DNA of 56,242 bases from the NCBI GenBank assembly GCA_039589315.1, contig JBDHHQ010000022.1, positions 1-56,242 of the forward strand, in the 5' to 3' direction. Within the stretch, counting starts at the first letter, position 1. Each line of letters begins with the position of its first letter. Positions 50,494-56,242 of the stretch are shown here, one piece after another. Made by a program: the position numbers and the translations under genes. The notes under the pieces were generated by a model. The model was given only the letters and a program-made list of their open reading frames with translations, did no database searches and was not told where the DNA came from. The DNA is from Gemmatimonadota bacterium. Its GTDB lineage: Bacteria; Gemmatimonadota; Gemmatimonadetes; Longimicrobiales; Gaopeijiaceae.

Positions 50494-50891
50494 GGAAGCG
50501 GCCCCGGAAAGGACAGCCCGAAGAGCGGTCCCCGAACCGGCGCGGTGGTGCCCGGATCGTCCGTCATGGAGCCCCACCCGCCGGTCCTGGAGCCGCCACC
50601 GTCGAAGGCATCCGCCGCCTGAAGCCTTTGGGCAAGCCTCGACGAGTACAGGTCGTCACCGATCCCAGCGGCGCCCCTCTCCGGGTCTCTCCAGGTCGAA
50701 GCTGGCGGTCGGTCCTGTCCATCCGGGAGCGCTGGCGAATCGACGACGAGTGGTGGCGCCGCCCTCTGTCGAGGGAGTACTTCGAGGTCGTCCTGCAGGA
50801 CGGGCGCGTCGTCGAGCTCTACCGGGACCTGGAACAAGACACCTGGCACGCCCACGGCGGCGGGAGCGCCTTCGCGGATCGATCTCAGTAG
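50490..50891 (+). CDS. Small protein resembling the ImuB C-terminal / DUF6504 domain
   Basis: ERWRIDDEWWR...REYFEVVLQDGR...LYRD; ATGA overlap with imuB. Confidence 0.7.
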   Translation: MRKRPRKGQPEERSPNRRGGARIVRHGAPPAGPGAATVEGIRRLKPLGKPRRVQVVTDPSGAPLRVSPGRSWRSVLSIRERWRIDDEWWRRPLSREYFEVVLQDGRVVELYRDLEQDTWHAHGGGSAFADRSQ

Positions 50892-51137
50892 CCGTCCTCC
50901 GGAATCTCCCGGCCGGCCCGCGGGGGCAGCGTCCCCACCGGCTGCATCGGATCCGTCCCGACCACAGCCGACAACCTCTCCCGGCCACGAATCTTTTCCA
51001 GACGCCTTCTCGTCCTTTTCTTGTGAGGAGCGTCAGGCGCCGGACCGACCCCGAGCACTCGCGACCGAAGGCCAGTAGCCGGGCGTGCCCGCCGCGGTCG
51101 AGGTCCCGCCGGCGGACGGGAGGCGGACGGGAGCGCC

Positions 51138-51758
51138 ATGCATACCTTCTTCATCGACGTCCAACTCTGGCTCGAGACCATCGGGGTCTGGGCCTACGTG
51201 GCCGCGCCGCTGATCATGGCTGCCGTGGCGATCCTGCCCATACCCGCCGAGGCGCCCGCCATGATGAACGGGATGCTGTTCGGCCCCACGGCCGGCACCG
51301 CCATCACCTGGGTCGGTGCCATGATCGGCGCCTGGACGAGCTTCGAGCTGGCTCGTGCGGTGGGGCGGCCCCTGGCCGAGCGCCTCGTCACCCCGATGGC
51401 CCTGGCCAAAGCCGACGGAGTGGCCCAGGACGCAGGGTGGTGGGGCCTCCTGGGGGCGCGTCTGGTCCCGCTCATCGCCTTCACGGCGCTGAATTGGGGC
51501 GCCGGCCTCTGCTCGGTCCCCCGGTGGCGCTTCCTCTGGACCACCGCCCTCGGCATCCTCCCGGGCGCCATCGTATTCACCGCGTCCGGCACAGGTCTGG
51601 CGATGCTCCTGGAGCGCTTTCCGACGGCGGGCCGGTGGCTGCTTCTGGCCTTCCTCGTGGCCGCCGTGTGGTGGGTGGTCCGACGTCGGTCACAGGCACC
51701 CATGCCCGACCCCGGCCCAATCGTCGAAGCGCCGGCTGCGGGTGAATTGCCGTCATGA
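51138..51758 (+). CDS. TVP38/TMEM64 (DedA/VTT) membrane protein
   Basis: PIPAE, GMLFG, ARLVPLIAF, FLWTTALGILP. Confidence 0.85.
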   Translation: MHTFFIDVQLWLETIGVWAYVAAPLIMAAVAILPIPAEAPAMMNGMLFGPTAGTAITWVGAMIGAWTSFELARAVGRPLAERLVTPMALAKADGVAQDAGWWGLLGARLVPLIAFTALNWGAGLCSVPRWRFLWTTALGILPGAIVFTASGTGLAMLLERFPTAGRWLLLAFLVAAVWWVVRRRSQAPMPDPGPIVEAPAAGELPS

Positions 51759-51900
51759 CCCGTGCGCCCGCGGCCGTGCAACTGCTCCTCCGCGACGCCC
51801 CGGTTTTGGTCCGACCCGAAGCCAGCGCCTATACTGCAGTCCCCTGTCCACCGACTCCCGGTCCGCCGACGGGGAGTGTCCCGCATTCTGGAGGCCCGTG

Positions 51901-52794
51901 GTGAGTGCCGAGCTCCGCATCGCGAATCTGTCCAAGACCTATCCCAACGGCGTTCAGGCCCTCAAGGACGTCACGCTCACGATCCCTACGGGGATGTTCG
52001 GGCTGCTGGGCCCCAACGGCGCCGGGAAGTCCACGCTCATGCGCACCGTGGCCACACTGCAGGAACCGGACACGGGCAGCATCAGCCTGGGCGACCTCGA
52101 CGTGCTCAACGACAAGGAGGGGGTGCGACAGATCCTGGGGTACCTGCCCCAGGACTTCGGCGTGTACCCCAAGATCTCTGCCGAGGACATGCTGAGCCAT
52201 CTAGCCGTCCTCAAGGGGATCACCAGTCGGGGCGAGCGCCGCGAATCGGTGGAGGCGCTCTTGCAGCAAACCAATCTCTGGGAAGCTCGCCAGCGCAAGC
52301 TGGGCACCTTCTCCGGAGGCATGCGCCAGCGCTTCGGCATCGCACAGGCACTCCTGGGGAACCCGAAGCTGGTCATCGTCGACGAGCCCACCGCGGGCCT
52401 CGATCCGGAAGAGCGGCTGAGGTTTCTGAACCTCCTCTCCGAGATCGGAGAGAACATCGTCATCATCCTCTCGACCCACATCGTCGAGGACGTGAGCGAC
52501 CTCTGTCAGAGCATGGCCATCATCTCGCTGGGCGAAGTGCGCCTGACCGGGCGCCCGCAGGACGCCATCGACGGCCTGAACGGTAGGATCTGGCAGAAGA
52601 CCATCGACCGGCATGAGTTGGACGCATACCGAAGCGCCCACAGCGTCATCTCGACCCATCTGGCCGCAGGAGACACGATCGTCCACGTGCACGCGGAGAC
52701 GGACCCGGGAGGCGGGTTCGAAGCCGTTGAGCCCGATCTCAAGGACGTCTACTTCACCACCCTGAGGGGCGCGGGCGAGCCCGCGATGGCGTAG
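51901..52794 (+). CDS. ABC transporter ATP-binding protein
   Basis: GPNGAGKS, FSGGMRQR, VDEPTAGLD; GTG after GGAGG. Confidence 0.93.
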   Translation: MSAELRIANLSKTYPNGVQALKDVTLTIPTGMFGLLGPNGAGKSTLMRTVATLQEPDTGSISLGDLDVLNDKEGVRQILGYLPQDFGVYPKISAEDMLSHLAVLKGITSRGERRESVEALLQQTNLWEARQRKLGTFSGGMRQRFGIAQALLGNPKLVIVDEPTAGLDPEERLRFLNLLSEIGENIVIILSTHIVEDVSDLCQSMAIISLGEVRLTGRPQDAIDGLNGRIWQKTIDRHELDAYRSAHSVISTHLAAGDTIVHVHAETDPGGGFEAVEPDLKDVYFTTLRGAGEPAMA

Positions 52795-52802
52795 GGGCGA
52801 CC

Positions 52803-55800
52803 ATGAGCGCGTTCGTCGAGATCTTCCGCTTCGAGTTTCGCTACCACCTCCGGTCGGGCCTGTTCATCCTGACCAGCAGCTTGCTCGCCCTCATGGCGTT
52901 CGGCGCGGTCGCCAGCGACGTGGTCCAGATCGGGGGGGGCGTGGGGCGGGTCAACGTCAACTCGCCCTCCGTGATCGGGCAGATCCTGGTGGTGCTCAGC
53001 ATCATCGGCGTCTTCGTCTCCACCGCCTTTCTGGCCGGCGCGGTCCTCCGTGACTTCGATCAGCGCACCAACGAGCTGTTCTTCTCGACGCCGGTCAAGA
53101 AACGAGACTACGTATTCGGCCGCTTCTTCGGCGCGTTCGCGGCTTCGGTAGCCCTCTTCATTCCGGTCGCCATCGGGCTGTTCCTCGGAACCGTCATGCC
53201 TTGGCAGGACCCCGAGCGCATCGGGCCGTTCATGGCAGGCCCGTACCTGTTCTCCTTCGCGGTGTTCATCGTGCCCAACCTCCTCCTCATGGGGGCGGTG
53301 TTTTTCGGCCTGGCCACGGTCACGCGGAGCATGATCTGGACCTACGTAGGTCTGGTCGCGTTCTTCCTTGGCTGGGGCGTGTCGACCGCCCTCCTCGGCA
53401 ACCTCGAGAAGGAGCGCCTGGCCGCGCTGCTGGACCCATTCGGTGCGGTCGCCATCGGCGTGCAAACGCGCTACTGGACCGTCGCGGAGCGGAACACCCA
53501 ATCCCCGGTTCTCGAAGGCGCGCTTCTCACCAACCGACTGGTCTGGATCGCGGTGGCCGTGGTAGCCCTTCTTGCCACTTATGCACTGTTCTCCATGTCG
53601 ACGGAGAAGAAACGGGGCAAGCGAGAAGCCCCGAAGGCCCAGGCCACCGAGCCTGTGCGGCCGCCACCCCGAATGGCGTTGCCGACGCCCGCTCGGACCA
53701 GCTACACGCGGGCCGGCGTCTGGGCTCAGCTGCGGCGTCAGACCCGCTATGAGGTCATGTCCGTGGTCCGGAGCGCGGCGTTCGTGATCATCCTGGCCAT
53801 GGGCATGCTCAACCTGATCGGCAACGCTGCGGGCCTGGACAGCTTCTTCGGGACGCCGGTCCACCCCCGGACCTACATCATCTTCGACCTGGTGGCGGGG
53901 GGATTCTTCTTCTTCCTCATCATCATTCTGGCCTTCTACGCCGGCGAGATCGTGTTCCGCGACCGGCAGTTGCGAATGGACGAGGTCGTGGACGCGTTGC
54001 CGGTGCCCAATGGGGTCCTTTGGGCCTCCAAGCTCTTCGCGCTCCTGGTGGTGGTCTTCTCGCTGCTGGCAGCATCGGTAATGGCGGGGATGGGCATCCA
54101 GCTCTACCACGGATACACGGACTTCCAGCTGGGCTTGTATCTACAAGGGGGCATCCTCTACCCGGGGCTCGCGTTCGCTGCGGTGGCCGTCCTGGCCCTC
54201 TTCTTCCAGGTGGTCCTGAACAACAAGTTCATGGGCTACCTGGTCATCGTCGTCTATTTCGTTGCCGGTCCAGTCTTTAACGCTCTTCACTTCGAGCACA
54301 ATCTCTACTTCTACGGCTCTGCGCCCCTGCTCCAGTACTCCGACATGAACGGCTTTGGCCACCGGCTCGAGCCCTTCCTGTGGTTCACCCTGTACTGGTC
54401 GCTGTGTGCGGTGCTCCTGTTGGTGGGGGTCCACCTCCTGTGGGCCCGTGGTAAGGAGACGGCGTGGCGCACTCGCCTGGCGCTGGCCCACCAGCGGATG
54501 AACACCCCTACCCTGGCCGTGGGCGTCGCTACGCTGGCGGCCTTCGTGGCCACGGGTGCGTGGATCTTCTATAACACCAACGTCCTCAACGAGTACGTGC
54601 CGGGTGACGTAGCCGAGGATCGCGCCGCCCGCTTCGAGACGGACTACAAGCAGTACGAGGGCATTCCGCAGCCCAAGATCACCGACATCCGAACCGAGGT
54701 GGACATCTTCCCGGAGGACCGTGCGGTCGACATCCGGGGCACCTACGCTCTGGCCAACCGTTCAGGCCAGGCCATCGACGCCCTTCACGTCACCGTCCCC
54801 CTCATCGTGGAGATCACGGAGCTGGAGGTCCCCGGGGCGACCCTGGAAACCGAAGACGCCGAGGTCGGCTACTACATCTACCGGTTCGATCAGCCGCTGG
54901 CCGCTGGTGCTGAGCTCCGGCTCGCGTTCGACCTGGCCGTGCGCAATCGCGGCTTCAAGAACCATGGGTTCAACGATCGCGTTGTCGAGAACGGCACCTT
55001 CGTGAACTCGGGCGGCTTCTTCCCCCACATCGGCTACAACCGGGGTGGGGAGCTGCAGGACCCGAACGAGCGTCGCAAGAGGGGCCTCCCGCCGGTACAG
55101 CGCCTACCAAAGCTGGAAGACCGGGAGGCGTGGGACCATCACATGCTGGGGCAGGAAGCCGACTGGGTCACCTACGAGGCGGTGGTCAGCACCAGTCCAG
55201 ACCAGATCGCCCTGGCGCCAGGCTACCTCCAGCGCGAATGGGAAGAGGACGGCCGACGCTACTTCCACTACGCCATGGACGCGCCCATCCTGGCATACCA
55301 CTCCTACCTCTCGGCGCGCTGGGCCGTGAAGAGCGAGGACTGGAAGGGCGTGGAGGTCTCGGTCTACTACGATCCCGCCCACCACTACAACGTGGACAAG
55401 ATGATCGAGGCCTCGAAGCGGGGCCTCGACTACTTCAACGAGAACTTCGGGCCGTACCAGCACCGGCAGTTCCGCATCATCGAGTTCCCCCGGTTCGCGA
55501 GCTTCGCCGAGGCGTTCCCGAACACGATCCCGTTCTCGGAGGCCATCGGGTTCATCGCCAAGCTCGACGACCCGGACGAGATCGACTACGTCACCTACGT
55601 CACGGCCCATGAGCTGGCGCACCAGTGGTGGGCGCACCAGGTGATCGGCGCCGGCGTTCAGGGCGCCACGGTGACCAGCGAGACCATGGCCCAGTACTCG
55701 GCCCTCATGCTCATGAAAGAGCAATACGGGCCCGAGCTGATGCGGAGGTTCCTCAAGTACGAGCTCGACGCCTACCTGCGAGGTCGAGGGGGCGAGCTCA

Positions 55801-56242
55801 TCGAAGAGATGCCGCTCAAGCTCGTGGAGGCGCAGCCCTACATCCACTACCGCAAGGGCAGCCTGGTCATGTATGCCCTTCAGGATGCCGTCGGTGAGGC
55901 CACGCTCAACGAGGCTCTGGCGCGCTACGTCCAGGACGTGAAGTTCCGGGAGCCTCCCTACACCACGACCCTCGAGTTCCTGGACTACGTCAGCGAGGCG
56001 ATCCCGGAGGGCCAGCAGTCCATCGTCGAAGATCTCGCTGTACGAGAACCGGACGGACGAAGCCACGGTGACCCAACGGGCCGACGGCAAGTACGTCGTT
56101 CGCCTGGAAGCGGAGACGCGGAAGTACCGGGCTGACGGCACCGGCGCGGAAACCGAGATCGCCATCGACGACTGGATCGACGTGGGCGTGTTCGGTCCCC
56201 GGGGTGAGGGAGACCCACCCGAGGGGAAGGTCCTGGCGCTCG
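52803..56242 (+). CDS. ABC-2 permease / M1 aminopeptidase fusion; frameshift near 56037; runs off window
   Basis: Many TM helices, then HELAHQWW-X-E zinc motif and YRKG; coding continues in a shifted frame (LYENRT...WIDVGVF). Confidence 0.85.

Noticed and set aside
50892..51137. Possible dnaE2 remnant or ncRNA after the imuB cassette
   Set aside because: No PHP or polymerase motifs seen; only an imperfect hairpin near 51002-51034

Overview
GC-rich bacterial chromosome segment. Gene style (GWxTD protein, plug-type OM protein, ECF/kinase pair) suggests Gemmatimonadota; this is an inference. Positions 175-25393 are a co-oriented minus-strand housekeeping block: icd, pepA, OM protein, yicC, gmk, rpoZ, coaBC, UDG, dnaB, ispD, tsaC, LMW phosphatase, aroE, comF, gap, pgk, tpiA, secG and 2-oxoacid dehydrogenase E1a/E1b/E2. 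An ECF sigma factor, an anti-sigma/TonB/TPR/GWxTD fusion and a Zn-ribbon microgene sit between gap and pgk. The window's left edge holds the 5' end of a group IIC-like intron inserted directly behind the E2 terminator. The right half is accessory: a Fur-boxed Fe3+ ABC transporter lacking its ATPase; a YbdK/PuuD/GNAT/MocR/PLP-decarboxylase cluster with visible operators; and an ECF43-type sigma plus Ser/Thr kinase followed by an OmpA-lipoprotein operon. That operon includes a 1014-aa lipoprotein with caspase/CHAT-like His-Gly and Cys motifs and is the best candidate for an undescribed system. Further right are an imuB-like cassette with a doubled TTCGG-N6-TTCGG candidate SOS box and an ABC ATPase plus permease-M1 peptidase fusion. 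Two frameshifts (about 38737 and 56037) may be assembly errors.
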